Notes under the pieces: generated by a model
What the model saw: the letters and a program-made list of their open reading frames with translations, nothing else
Told to the model about the DNA's origin: nothing
Databases searched by the model: none
Part shown: one piece after another, positions 17,504 to 27,390 of the stretch
Position numbering within the stretch: the stretch's first letter is position 1
How the letters are laid out: each line of letters opens with the position of its first letter
Assembly: GCA_963783305.1 (NCBI GenBank)
Contig: CAWAMW010000013.1
Location: 64,001 to 128,000, forward strand
Length of the DNA stretch: 64,000 nucleotides
Reading direction: 5' to 3'
Source of the DNA: an uncultured Gemmatimonadales bacterium
GTDB taxonomy: Bacteria; Gemmatimonadota; Gemmatimonadetes; Longimicrobiales; RSA9
Made by a program: the position numbers and the translations under genes

Positions 17504-18609
17504 GAAGTGGCGGGAGCGGGGGGTGTGGTGAGGATGGCGGGTGGACTGGCGAGCCGAACGCGATTGCGGCCGGCGCGCTTGGCGTCGTAGAGCGCGTCGT
17601 CGGCCTTCTTCATGAGCTGAACGAAGCTCGTTCCATCTTCGGGGAAGGAGGCCAGCCCCGCGCTGACGGTGATGCGCTCGTGGGGCTGGATGTCGCGATG
17701 GCGGAACGGATGCTCCTGGACGTCGGCGCGGAGGCGTTCGAGGATCTGGAGCGCCTTCTCCTTGCCGGTGTTGATCATGAGCACGGCGAACTCCTCACCG
17801 CCGTAACGAGCGACCATGTCATGGAGGCGGAGCTCGCGGCGCATGACATCCGCGAGCTCCCTGAGCACGCCATCGCCGGCAATGTGCCCGACGGTGTCGT
17901 TGTAATGCTTGAAGGAATCGACATCGACCATGGCAACGGAGCAGCGGCCGCCATACCGGTGAACGCGGTCGAGCTCGGCGTTCAGCACCTGCTCGAAGTG
18001 GCGGCGGTTGGGCAGCTGCGTGAGCGGGTCGGTGAGCGCCATGGTGGAAAGCCGCTGACGCAGCTGACGCATCTCCAGCCGATCCGCCTTGAGTCGCTCG
18101 AAGACGAAGCCCGCGTAGATGCTGAGGACGATCACCGACCCCGCCACGGCGGCCTCGAACGTGAGGGAGAGCGGGTAGCTCCCGCGCGCGAGGGCCACAC
18201 CCACCAGGAAGTAGCTGCTGGCCATGATCGCGCTCATGGAGACGACCGCGCGAAAGCCTCCGAGTCCGGTCATGTTGAGCAGCGCGACGAACCAGCCCAG
18301 GAGGATGACGAAGCGCAGCTCCGGGGCCAGGTAGGTGTAGAGGGCGAGCAGCAGTACGGCGCCAAAGAGGGGAGTGAAGAGAAAGTGGCGATCGCCGGGG
18401 ATGAAGCGGTCGAGCCCGCGCCATGCGATAATGAGCATGAGCAGCTGAATGACGGCCGTGGCAGCGGCGGCGGCCAGCCAGCCGGAGTAGGCGAGGACGG
18501 TGAGGTCCAGCGCGCGCATCCCGAGCATCAGGAGGAGAGCGGTGGCGAGCCCGCCGGTGGCGAGGACCACGCCACGCGCCTTGATGTATGCTCTCTTGGA
18601 TTCGTCCAT
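17500..18609 (-). CDS. Membrane-bound diguanylate cyclase
   Basis: Multiple TM helices; TDPLT, DVDSFKHYND, RLHD (RxxD I-site), RYGGEEF, ADDALYDAK. Confidence 0.93.
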   Translation of the reverse strand: MDESKRAYIKARGVVLATGGLATALLLMLGMRALDLTVLAYSGWLAAAAATAVIQLLMLIIAWRGLDRFIPGDRHFLFTPLFGAVLLLALYTYLAPELRFVILLGWFVALLNMTGLGGFRAVVSMSAIMASSYFLVGVALARGSYPLSLTFEAAVAGSVIVLSIYAGFVFERLKADRLEMRQLRQRLSTMALTDPLTQLPNRRHFEQVLNAELDRVHRYGGRCSVAMVDVDSFKHYNDTVGHIAGDGVLRELADVMRRELRLHDMVARYGGEEFAVLMINTGKEKALQILERLRADVQEHPFRHRDIQPHERITVSAGLASFPEDGTSFVQLMKKADDALYDAKRAGRNRVRLASPPAILTTPPAPATS

Positions 18610-18755
18610 GCAATGCCTGCAGGACCGCCGCCCCAGGGGTGGGGTAGACAGCCTCCCGGGCCCGCTTCGCTTGTGCGTGCGGCTCCGGCCACGAGGAGAG
18701 TTAATGGGGAATATGTCGGGCAGGGCGGTATTCCCACAAGCTGAAGGAGCGATGG

Positions 18756-19034
18756 ATGGCGGAGATCGAGTGTGTACGGTGTGGCGAGCGGGGCGAGCAG
18801 CTGGCCAAGCCGCCGCTGCGAACGGAGCTGGGCGAGCGGATCCACGCGTCCATCGACCGGGCGTGCTGGGACGAGTGGCTGGCGTACCAGCAGGCGCTGA
18901 TCAACCATTATGGGCTGGACGTCCGCGATCGTGAGGCGCGGGAGTTCCTGACCACGAACATGGAGGCCTACCTTTTCGAGACGGAGGAGCCGGAGGACAT
19001 CGACACCAGTGAGGAAGGGAACATCAGCTGGTGA
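18756..19034 (+). CDS. yggX: Fe(II)-trafficking/oxidative damage protection protein (YggX family)
   Basis: C..C..PP...LG.RI..SI...CW.EW..Q..LIN..L pattern. Confidence 0.85.
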   Translation: MAEIECVRCGERGEQLAKPPLRTELGERIHASIDRACWDEWLAYQQALINHYGLDVRDREAREFLTTNMEAYLFETEEPEDIDTSEEGNISW

Positions 19035-19079
19035 TGCGGTGCCCGGGTCGAGACGTGTTCGGAAGGGTGGTCTGGTGAC

Positions 19080-19616
19080 ATGGCGGTTTTCGGGGAGTTC
19101 AGGCGGGCGTGGCGGGAGGCGGTGGACAACTTCTGGCGGGAGCTGGAGGGCGACGCGGCGGAGAGCGGCGCCCGTGGGGTGTACCGCGAGGTGGCCGGGG
19201 TGCGGAACCAGCTGGGCGAGCTGGATGACGCGATCGCGGAAACGGGCCAGCGACTGAAGCACGAGCTGGAGCAGGTGGAGTCGTGCGCGCGCCGCGAGCG
19301 GCTGGCCCGGAAGATCGGGGATGAAGAGACGGCCCGCATCGCGGGTGAGTACCGGGGCCGGCACCAGGAGCGTGCGGACGTGCTGCTGCGGAAGGTGGAG
19401 GCGCTGGAGGCGGAGCGTCGGCTCTGTTTGCGGGACCTCGGCGAGATGGAGCGGGCACTTCAGGACCGGGTGCCGGCCGACGACCTGGATGAGATCGACG
19501 AGATCGATCTCAACCGCCACCCGCGGGAGCGTGAGTTCCGGGGGCTGGAGGACACGGAGCGGAGCCGCGCGGCGGCGGAGCGCCTGGAGGAGCTGAAGCG
19601 GCGGATGCAGCAGTAG
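19080..19616 (+). CDS. PspA/IM30-like coiled-coil protein
   Basis: Coiled coil, LARKIGDEETARIA, C-terminal RLEELKRRM. Confidence 0.6.
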   Translation: MAVFGEFRRAWREAVDNFWRELEGDAAESGARGVYREVAGVRNQLGELDDAIAETGQRLKHELEQVESCARRERLARKIGDEETARIAGEYRGRHQERADVLLRKVEALEAERRLCLRDLGEMERALQDRVPADDLDEIDEIDLNRHPREREFRGLEDTERSRAAAERLEELKRRMQQ

Positions 19617-19674
19617 CCGCGTCGAGGCGGGGAGCGGGTAGCTGGGGGCCCCGGGGGTCGCTCCCGTCAGGGGC

Positions 19675-20826
19675 TCAGAAGCGGCCGCTCACCAGCGTGA
19701 TGCCCACGACCGTCCGGTACCCACCCGACGGTCCACGGACCGGCGTGGTGAACACGGGGCCGCCCAGGCTCCAGTCGCGGGGCTGGCCATCCACACGGCC
19801 GGAGGAGCCGGATTCGTCCTGGCCCGAGCTCGTACCGATCCCGGCGCGACCCGCACCCAGTGCGAGTCCAATGGCGCTGGTGACGGCCGGAATCGCGATG
19901 GCCACCTTCTCGTTGTCCGGCTGCGCGATCAGGTCCACCCCGGCGCCGGCGAGGCCAGCAACCACGCCGACGATGCTGGCGATCCTCGCCTGGCTACGAG
20001 AAACCGGTGTGGAGCGGGCGAGCGCGGCCCCCGCCAGTGCCCCGATGTTCCCGCCCACCAGCGTGGCGGCCATGAGGTCGTCGTCTTCCATACCGCCGAG
20101 GATACCGAGAGCCGCTCCATACCACGTTCCCCAGAGGGAGCCCAGGTTCAGGAGCGACGCGTCGCCTGGCGAGATGTCGAGGGAACGGGTCGCGAGGATT
20201 CCGCCGGCGGTTCCGGCGAGGCCGCCGGCGATCATCCAGCCGAAGACCGTTTCCGGGCTGGGTCCGCTCTCGCAATAGCCGAAGTCGTCACAGCTGCCGG
20301 CTCCCGGGTCGACGACCTGCGCCCAGCCGAACCCCTGCCAGGTGCCCCAGCTCCCCGCCCAGGTGATCGCGCTCGCGCGGCCATCGCTGATGGGCGTTGC
20401 CCGGGTCGCGCTCCAGCCGGCGCCGAAGCCGATGGGACCGCCGACCAGGAGCCCCAGGCCGTACGCTTCGCTGCCGTCGGCGGAGAGCATGGCGGGGACG
20501 GCCACACCGAGCCATAGCCCGTACAGGGTGCTCCACACGATCAGCTCGGTGCGTCCGCCGCCCTCGATCTGCCGGCTACCGGGAGTGGAGCGGGCGATCC
20601 GGATCGTGCGGGCGGCCGCCGATTCCGGGTAGCGGCGGAGCACGAAATCCTTGAGCGCTTCCGCCAGCTGGATCTCGCCCTCGGCTTCGAGTGTGCGAGC
20701 GGCGGCGTAGAGCTCTGCGGCGGGATCCGGCCCCGCCGTGCCGGGGTCCTGGGCGGCGGCGGGGGTGTAGCAGAGCGCGTGTGCGGCGAGGGCGAGAGCG
20801 ACGAGTGAGCAGCGAGCGGTGCGCAT
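19675..20826 (-). CDS. Exported Gly-rich hypothetical protein with helical repeats
   Basis: Signal peptide, TPR-like RRYPESAAA segment, three WxxxWGxWxG-type repeats, terminal Phe. Confidence 0.65.
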   Translation of the reverse strand: MRTARCSLVALALAAHALCYTPAAAQDPGTAGPDPAAELYAAARTLEAEGEIQLAEALKDFVLRRYPESAAARTIRIARSTPGSRQIEGGGRTELIVWSTLYGLWLGVAVPAMLSADGSEAYGLGLLVGGPIGFGAGWSATRATPISDGRASAITWAGSWGTWQGFGWAQVVDPGAGSCDDFGYCESGPSPETVFGWMIAGGLAGTAGGILATRSLDISPGDASLLNLGSLWGTWYGAALGILGGMEDDDLMAATLVGGNIGALAGAALARSTPVSRSQARIASIVGVVAGLAGAGVDLIAQPDNEKVAIAIPAVTSAIGLALGAGRAGIGTSSGQDESGSSGRVDGQPRDWSLGGPVFTTPVRGPSGGYRTVVGITLVSGRF

Positions 20827-21007
20827 GGCGCGAATATCGGCAGCGGAGCGCCGCAAGTCCACAGAGACGACGACGGAGTCCGGGGCCGGCTGTAGCAAAA
20901 AACTTGCAGAAACAGCGGTGATCGCAGAACATAGCGACCCCTGCGGGCCGAAAACGCCGAGGTGTTTCAGCCTTCGAGCCGTCCATCACACCGGGAGTGG
21001 TATCTCG

Positions 21008-22774
21008 ATGACGAAGGATCCTAATAGCGAATTCGCGGACCAGGAGGCCTCGGCTGTGGGGCGTGGCGGCGCGCCCGCGCTACCGGGCGGGACGTTCCTC
21101 GGCCATCCGCGCGGCCTGTCCACGCTGTTCTTCACGGAGATGTGGGAGCGCTTCAGCTATTACGGGCTGCGGGCGCTGCTGATCCTGTTCATGACGGCGG
21201 CGCTGGTCGGCGAGAACCCGGGGCTGGGCTTCGGCGAGGCCACGGCGGGCGCGGTGCTGGGGCTGTACACCTCGATGGTGTACCTGCTCACGCTGCCCGG
21301 TGGCTGGATCGCCGACAATCTGTGGGGCCAGCGGAAGTCGGTGTTCTGGGGCGGCTGCGTCATCGCGCTGGGCCATTTCACGATGGCGGCGCCGTTGCTC
21401 GGGGCGCCGGATCTGGTGTCCTTCTACCTGGGTCTGCTCTTCATCGTCATCGGAACGGGGCTGTTGAAGCCGAACGTGTCCACCATGGTGGGGGATCTGT
21501 ACCCGGATCCCGAATCCATGCCGACGGAAAGGGAACGGGACGAGATGGGGGCGAGGCGGGATGGCGCCTTCTCCATCTTCTACATGGGGATCAACATCGG
21601 CGCGATGCTGGGCCCGTTCATCTGCAGCGCTCTGGGCGAAGGCCTGGACTGGGGCTGGCTCTCGTTCGCGGGGAGCTGGCACCTCGGGTTCTCGGCGGCC
21701 GGGTTCGGCATGATCCTGGGCCTGGTGCAGTACAGGATGGGCGATAAGTACCTGGGCCACGCGGGGGAGTTCAGGACCACGGACCCGCCGGAGGTGGTGA
21801 AGCGGAGGAGTGATCGTTTCTTCCTGGGCACGGGCGCGGTGGCCGCCGCCGTGGGCGTGATGGTGTGGATGATGGTGTCGGGGGTGGTGGGCATCCCGCT
21901 GGATGTTTTCGCGACGTGGGTGGGCTACGGCATCCTGCTGCTGGCGATCCTGTTCTTCGCGTGGCTGATCCTCGGCACGGTGTGGGCGGCCGGCCTGGTG
22001 GGGCTCTTCCTGGTGCTCTCGTTCGTGCTCGGCGGCACCGTGGAAGCCGGGCAGTGGGCGATCCTCACGACGCTGGGGCTCTTCATCGTGGCGAACCTGG
22101 GTCTGCTGGTGACCAGGGGTGAGGAGGTTTCGGTGGAGAAGCAGCGGCTGATGGTGATCTTCTGGCTGTTCCTGCTGGCGGCGATCTTCTGGTCGGGGTT
22201 CGAGCAGGCGAGCTCATCGCTCAACCTGTTCGCACGCGACCTGACGGATCGGACCATCTTCGGGGCCGAGCTTCCGGCCGGCTGGCTCCAGAACATCAAC
22301 CCGTTCTTCATCATCGTGCTCGCGCCGGTGTTCGGTGCCATGTGGACGTGGCTCGCGCACCGGGACAAGAACCCGTCGATCCCGGTCAAGTTCGCGCTCG
22401 GGCTACTGGGACTCTCGGCCGGGTTCTTCGTCATCGCCTGGGGTGCGGCGAACGCCACGGACGCCAATGGCGCCTCTATGGCGTGGCTGGTGGTGACGTA
22501 CTTCCTGTTCACGGCGGGTGAGCTGGCGCTCTCCCCGGTCGGGCTGTCGTCGATGACGAAGCTGGCGCCTCCGGGTCGTCTGGGTCAGATGATGGGGGTG
22601 TGGTTCATCGCGGCGGCGCTGGGCAATCTCTTCGCCGGGCTGGTGGCGGGGAGCCTGGAGACGCTGGCGCCCTCGGCGCTCTTCCGGATGGTGGCGCTCT
22701 TCACCGCCGCGGCTGGCATCGTGGCGCTGCTGGCGAGCCCCTGGGTGAAGCGGCTGACGCACGGTGTGAAGTAG
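21008..22774 (+). CDS. POT/PTR family proton-dependent oligopeptide transporter
   Basis: GHPRGLSTLFFTEMWERFSYYG, GTGLLKPN, FYMGINIG, GELALSPVGLS. Confidence 0.95.
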   Translation: MTKDPNSEFADQEASAVGRGGAPALPGGTFLGHPRGLSTLFFTEMWERFSYYGLRALLILFMTAALVGENPGLGFGEATAGAVLGLYTSMVYLLTLPGGWIADNLWGQRKSVFWGGCVIALGHFTMAAPLLGAPDLVSFYLGLLFIVIGTGLLKPNVSTMVGDLYPDPESMPTERERDEMGARRDGAFSIFYMGINIGAMLGPFICSALGEGLDWGWLSFAGSWHLGFSAAGFGMILGLVQYRMGDKYLGHAGEFRTTDPPEVVKRRSDRFFLGTGAVAAAVGVMVWMMVSGVVGIPLDVFATWVGYGILLLAILFFAWLILGTVWAAGLVGLFLVLSFVLGGTVEAGQWAILTTLGLFIVANLGLLVTRGEEVSVEKQRLMVIFWLFLLAAIFWSGFEQASSSLNLFARDLTDRTIFGAELPAGWLQNINPFFIIVLAPVFGAMWTWLAHRDKNPSIPVKFALGLLGLSAGFFVIAWGAANATDANGASMAWLVVTYFLFTAGELALSPVGLSSMTKLAPPGRLGQMMGVWFIAAALGNLFAGLVAGSLETLAPSALFRMVALFTAAAGIVALLASPWVKRLTHGVK

Positions 22775-22804
22775 GCGTCGGCGGGAGTAATCGGGTGGCA
22801 TGAA

Positions 22805-22842
22805 GGAGCGCCCCCGGCGGTGGTAGCCGCCGGGGGCGCTTC
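22805..22842. terminator. Hairpin/terminator between convergent POT and OPT genes
   Basis: 14-bp stem AGCGCCCCCGGCGG/CCGCCGGGGGCGCT. Confidence 0.7.
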
Positions 22843-22864
22843 GCTTATCGCGTCATGGTCGCGA

Positions 22865-24863
22865 TCAGGCGTTGACGGTCTCTTCGACCTCCTGACGCGC
22901 GGCCCGGTCGGACCGGCTGTAGAAGAACCAGAGGATCAGCGGGAACACCAGCAGGCCCAGCAGCCCCTGGATCAACGGACTGTCGATGAGGGTGGGCAGC
23001 GTGATGTTCGCCACAATGAGGGCGGCGATGAACACACCCATCAGGGCTTCGCCCGCCACCAGTCCCGATGCCACGAGCACGCCGGCGTTGTCCGCCCGCA
23101 TGCGCGCGTCGGCCTCGGCATGCCGCCGCTCGATGCGCCGGTCCACGATCCAGCGGAACACGCCGCCCACGAAGATGGCGAAGGTGCTCCAGATCGGGAG
23201 ATACATGCCCACCGCCACCAGCATCACCGAGGGGGCCCGAACGAGGATCAGCATGACGGCGAACATCATCCCGCCGATGAAGAGGGGCCAGGGCATCTCA
23301 CCGTTGATGATCCCCGAGCTCACCAGGGCCATGAGTCCCGCCTGGGGCGCCGGGAGGGCGGTGGCGGGGTCGGCGCCGGGCGCACCGGCGAAACCGTAGG
23401 CGGAGCTGAGGAGCGCCAGCACCCCGGCCAGCGCGGGTGCGGCGAGGACCACGGCGATGAGCTCGGCCTTCTCCATGCGGGCGGGGGTGCCGCCGAGGAT
23501 ATGGCCGACCTTGAGGTCCTGCATCATGTCGCCGGCGATGCCCATGGCGCAGCAGACGACCGCGGCGACGCCGAGGACGGCGAGGATCCCCTGGTCGCCC
23601 TCCAGCCCGATGGCGACCATGAGGAGTGCGGCCAGGATGAGTGTTGAGAGGGTGAGGCCACTGATCGGGTTGTTGCTGCTGCCGATGAGCCCCACCAGGT
23701 ACCCGGCCACCGCTGCGAAGAGGATCCCGGCCACCACCATCACCACGGCGGCGACGATGGAGCCGGCGAAGCTCTGGGTGAAGTAGTAATAGAGGACGGT
23801 GATGGGGACCATCAGGCCGAGAATGCCGAAGACGATCCACTTGTAGCGGATGTCGGTCTCGTGACGATCGGTGGTCTCGGTGGATCCGGCGGCGCCGCGG
23901 ATGTCGGAGAATACCCGGCCGAATCCGGTGGCGAGGCTGGCGCGCATCCGCCAGAGCGTCCATACGGCACCAACGACCATGGTACCGACGGCGAGGGGTC
24001 GGACCTGCTGCTGCCAGACGGTCTCCATTGCGACGGTGCCGAACCCCTGCGCCTCAGCGGCCAGTAGGAGGTCGCGATTGACGAACATCATGACCGGCAC
24101 CAGGCACCACCAGCCGAGGACGCCGCCGGCGAAGACCACGGCCGCGAGGGCCGGGCCGATGATGTAGCCGACGCCCAGGAGGGCCGGGGAGGCCGATGGT
24201 GTGGATGCGAACATCCCGCCCTCGTAGACGGAACCGGCGGGGCCACCGATCCGCGCACCCGTCGCCTGACCCCACGACCACCAGCCGGTCATCTGCGACT
24301 GGAGTGCCTGGAGCCCGGAAGAGTTCTTGAGCAGCTCGATCCCTGCGGCCATGACGCCTGCGGCCATGAGGATCTTTCCGCCGCCCGTGCCCTGCTGCCC
24401 AGCCTTGTGGATCTCCAATGCCGCGATCGACTCGGGGAACGGCAACCCCGACTCCTCCACCAGGGTCCGGCGCAGGATGATCACGAAGAGCACGCCGAGG
24501 ATGCCGCCCACGGCCATGATGAACGTCGCGATCCAGAATGTTCACGCTGTCCCACACGCCCGCGATGACGAAGGCGGGAATGGTGAAGATGGCTCCCGCG
24601 ACGAGCGCCTCCCCGACCGAGGCGGTGGTGCGGGCGATGTTCTCCTCGAGGATCGTCCCTCCCACCGGCCGGAGCGCCGCGAGGGCGACAATGGCGGCGG
24701 GGAACGTCGCGGCGATGGTGAGCCCCGCCACCATCCCGATGTAGGCATTGGCCGCGCCGAGAACGACCGCCATGACCACGCCAAGACCCACCGCCCGGAA
24801 GGTGAACTCCGGTATGTCTTCCTCGGCCGATATGAACGGCTTGTACGGTACCTGGTCCGCCAT
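22865..24863 (-). pseudogene. OPT family oligopeptide transporter, frameshifted near 24539 (pseudogene or sequence error)
   Basis: N-terminal part (PEFTFRA..AANAYIG..EENIART..GAIFTIPA) and C-terminal part (LPFPE, GSSNNPISG, MQDLKVG, LPAPQA) are in different frames. Confidence 0.85.
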
Positions 24864-25228
24864 CAGACCCTTCCGCGTTCAGGATGAACGATCCCGGGAG
24901 CCGGGCGGCCGCCGGGGGTTGAAAAATCCTGATTGGCACGCTGTTCGTGCGCTCACTCGAAGTCAAGGAGGCGCCCGCCGCGGGGCGCCTGTTTCCGGTC
25001 CTTCGGCCTCCACGAACCCGGTCGGGGCGAAAGGCGAACGTGGTACGACTTCTGGCAGCGGGCATGGTCGCGCTCGTCCCATCCGTGGGCTACTGCGGGA
25101 TCGTGGCGCAGCAGTGGTGAGCGCCGTCGCTTGACTGCGCAGGCGTACGGCGCCACCCTCCCGCCGAGCGGGTCCCGTACGGGCGGCGCACCGCCGGGGG
25201 CCGGCAGGAGACCTGGCCGACAGGAAGC

Positions 25229-27094
25229 ATGGACACCACACTGCTGCGAACCCTCCGGAGCCACCCGCTCACGCGGAAGCTGAGCTCGGACGAGCGGAAC
25301 TACCTCATCTCGCAGGGCCGGGTGCTGGGATACCTGCCGGGCACCTACATCTTCCACGAGAGTCAGCCCCGGCAGGCGTTCGGGGTCATCCTGAAGGGGC
25401 GGCTGGAGCTCCAGACGGGGCAGCGCGGTCGGCCGACGGTGCTGGCGAGCCTCGGGGCGGGGGAGTCGTTCGGCGAGGGCAGCCTGCTCGATGATTATCC
25501 TCACTCCACCTCCGCTTTCGTGCGGGAGGCGCTCGAGGCGTTCGAGATTCCACGGGACGCTCTGTCCGTCATCGGACGCGACCGCCCGGAGCTTCATTCG
25601 CGGCTCGTCAGCGGGGCGGCGCGGATCATCGCGGAGCGCGTGAGCTCTGTCGGTCGGGTGGCGGGAGGGGAGGCGGCGTTCCGCTCGGGGGCCGTGCGCC
25701 GGGAGCACGACCTGCTCGGCGAGCGCGACGTGCCGGATCGCAACTACTACGGTCTCCAGACGATGCGGGCGGTGGAGAACTTCCCGATCACGGGCGTCCC
25801 CATCTCGCAGTACCCGCAGCTGATCAACGCGCTGGCGGCGGTGAAGGAGGCAGCGGCGGAGACCAATCGTGACCTGGGGCTTCTGGAGGAGGAGATCGCC
25901 GACGCGATCATCCGGGCCGCCCGGGAGATCCGGGGGGGGCGGCTGCACGGCGAGTTCGTGGTGGACGTGATCCAGGGCGGCGCGGGGACGTCCACGAACA
26001 TGAACGCCAACGAGGTGATCGCCAACCGGGCGCTGGAGCTGCTGGGGCGAAATCGCGGCGAGTACGACGTGGTGCATCCGAACAACCACGTGAACCTCTC
26101 GCAGTCGACCAACGACACCTACCCGACGGCGCTGAAGATCGCGGCCATCTGGTCGATCCGCGACCTGGAGCAGGCCGTCGCCGCGCTTCGGGACGCCTTC
26201 CTCGCCAAGGGGGACGAGTTCGCCGACATCGTGAAGATGGGCCGGACGCAGCTCCAGGATGCGGTGCCCATGACGCTGGGACAGGAGTTCCGGGCGTTCG
26301 GCGTCACGCTGGGCGAGGAGGTGGAGCGGCTGCGCGCCGCGGCCGGGCTGATCCGCGAGATCAACATGGGCGCCACGGCCATCGGAACGGGGATCAACAC
26401 CGACCCCAGCTACGCCGAGAAGGTGCGTGCGGCGCTTTCACGGGTCACGGGGCTGGACCTGATCACGAGCCCGAACCTGGTGGAGGCGACGCAGGACACG
26501 GGCGTCTTCGTGCACCTGTCCAGTACGCTCAAGCGACTGGCCGTGAAGCTGTCGAAGATCTGCAACGACCTCAGGCTTCTGTCCAGCGGACCCCGGGCGG
26601 GGCTCGGCGAGATCCGGTTGCCGGCCATGCAGCCCGGGTCGAGCATCATGCCCGGCAAGGTCAACCCGGTGATCCCGGAGGTGGTGAACCAGGTGGCGTT
26701 CCAGGTGATCGGCAACGACCTGACGGTTACCATGGCCGCGGAGGGCGGTCAGCTCCAGCTCAACGTCTTCGAGCCGGTCATCGCGTTCAACATCTTCCAG
26801 TCCATGGACATGCTGATCCAGGCGTGCATCGTCCTGCGGGAGCGGACGGTGGTGGGGATCGAGGCGGATCGGGACCGTATCCGGCAGGGGCTGGAACAGA
26901 GCATCGGCATCGTCACCGCGCTTGTCCCGTATATCGGGTACGAGAAGGCCTCGGCCGTGGCCCGTGAAGCGCTGTCGTCCGGGCGGGGCGTCTACGAGCT
27001 GGTGCTGGAAAAGGAATGGCTCAGCCGCGAGAAGCTCGACAGGATCCTTTCGCCCGACGCCATGACACGGCCGCGGGGGCTGCCCGGGACCTAG
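25229..27094 (+). CDS. aspA: Aspartate ammonia-lyase with N-terminal cNMP-binding-fold domain
   Basis: EHDLLG, YYGLQTMRA.ENF, QGGAGTSTNMNANEV, SQSTND, KMGRTQLQDA, GSSIMPGKVNP; N-terminal GESFGEGSLL. Confidence 0.93.
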   Translation: MDTTLLRTLRSHPLTRKLSSDERNYLISQGRVLGYLPGTYIFHESQPRQAFGVILKGRLELQTGQRGRPTVLASLGAGESFGEGSLLDDYPHSTSAFVREALEAFEIPRDALSVIGRDRPELHSRLVSGAARIIAERVSSVGRVAGGEAAFRSGAVRREHDLLGERDVPDRNYYGLQTMRAVENFPITGVPISQYPQLINALAAVKEAAAETNRDLGLLEEEIADAIIRAAREIRGGRLHGEFVVDVIQGGAGTSTNMNANEVIANRALELLGRNRGEYDVVHPNNHVNLSQSTNDTYPTALKIAAIWSIRDLEQAVAALRDAFLAKGDEFADIVKMGRTQLQDAVPMTLGQEFRAFGVTLGEEVERLRAAAGLIREINMGATAIGTGINTDPSYAEKVRAALSRVTGLDLITSPNLVEATQDTGVFVHLSSTLKRLAVKLSKICNDLRLLSSGPRAGLGEIRLPAMQPGSSIMPGKVNPVIPEVVNQVAFQVIGNDLTVTMAAEGGQLQLNVFEPVIAFNIFQSMDMLIQACIVLRERTVVGIEADRDRIRQGLEQSIGIVTALVPYIGYEKASAVAREALSSGRGVYELVLEKEWLSREKLDRILSPDAMTRPRGLPGT

Positions 27095-27390
27095 CTGGCG
27101 GCGCCGATTTGCCCGGCCGTTCCGCCGCCGGTATTTTCCAGGTCGCTCGCCTGTCCCGCTCGGGGCAACCCTCCACAGCGACCGGAAAGTGATGCAGGGC
27201 ACTCAGTCCGATCAGTCGGCCATCGGTAGGTGCGCGGCGCGTGGTGCGCCGGGTGCCCGCGCGTCCGGTGCTGGTGAGCGCACGGACCGCAGCTATCTGC
27301 TCCGACGCGAGTGCCGATACCCGTTCCCGAGGCTGCAGGACGGGGCGGCGACGGTTCCACTGCGTCGCGCGCGCCGGGTGTGTGCGAGCT

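Noticed and set aside
25195..25222. GGCAGGAGACCTGGCC resembling the 3' B12 box of a cobalamin riboswitch upstream of aspA
   Set aside because: The upstream conserved elements (AGGGAA, GCCCCCGCAACTGT) are not visible; it is better explained as a local hairpin.
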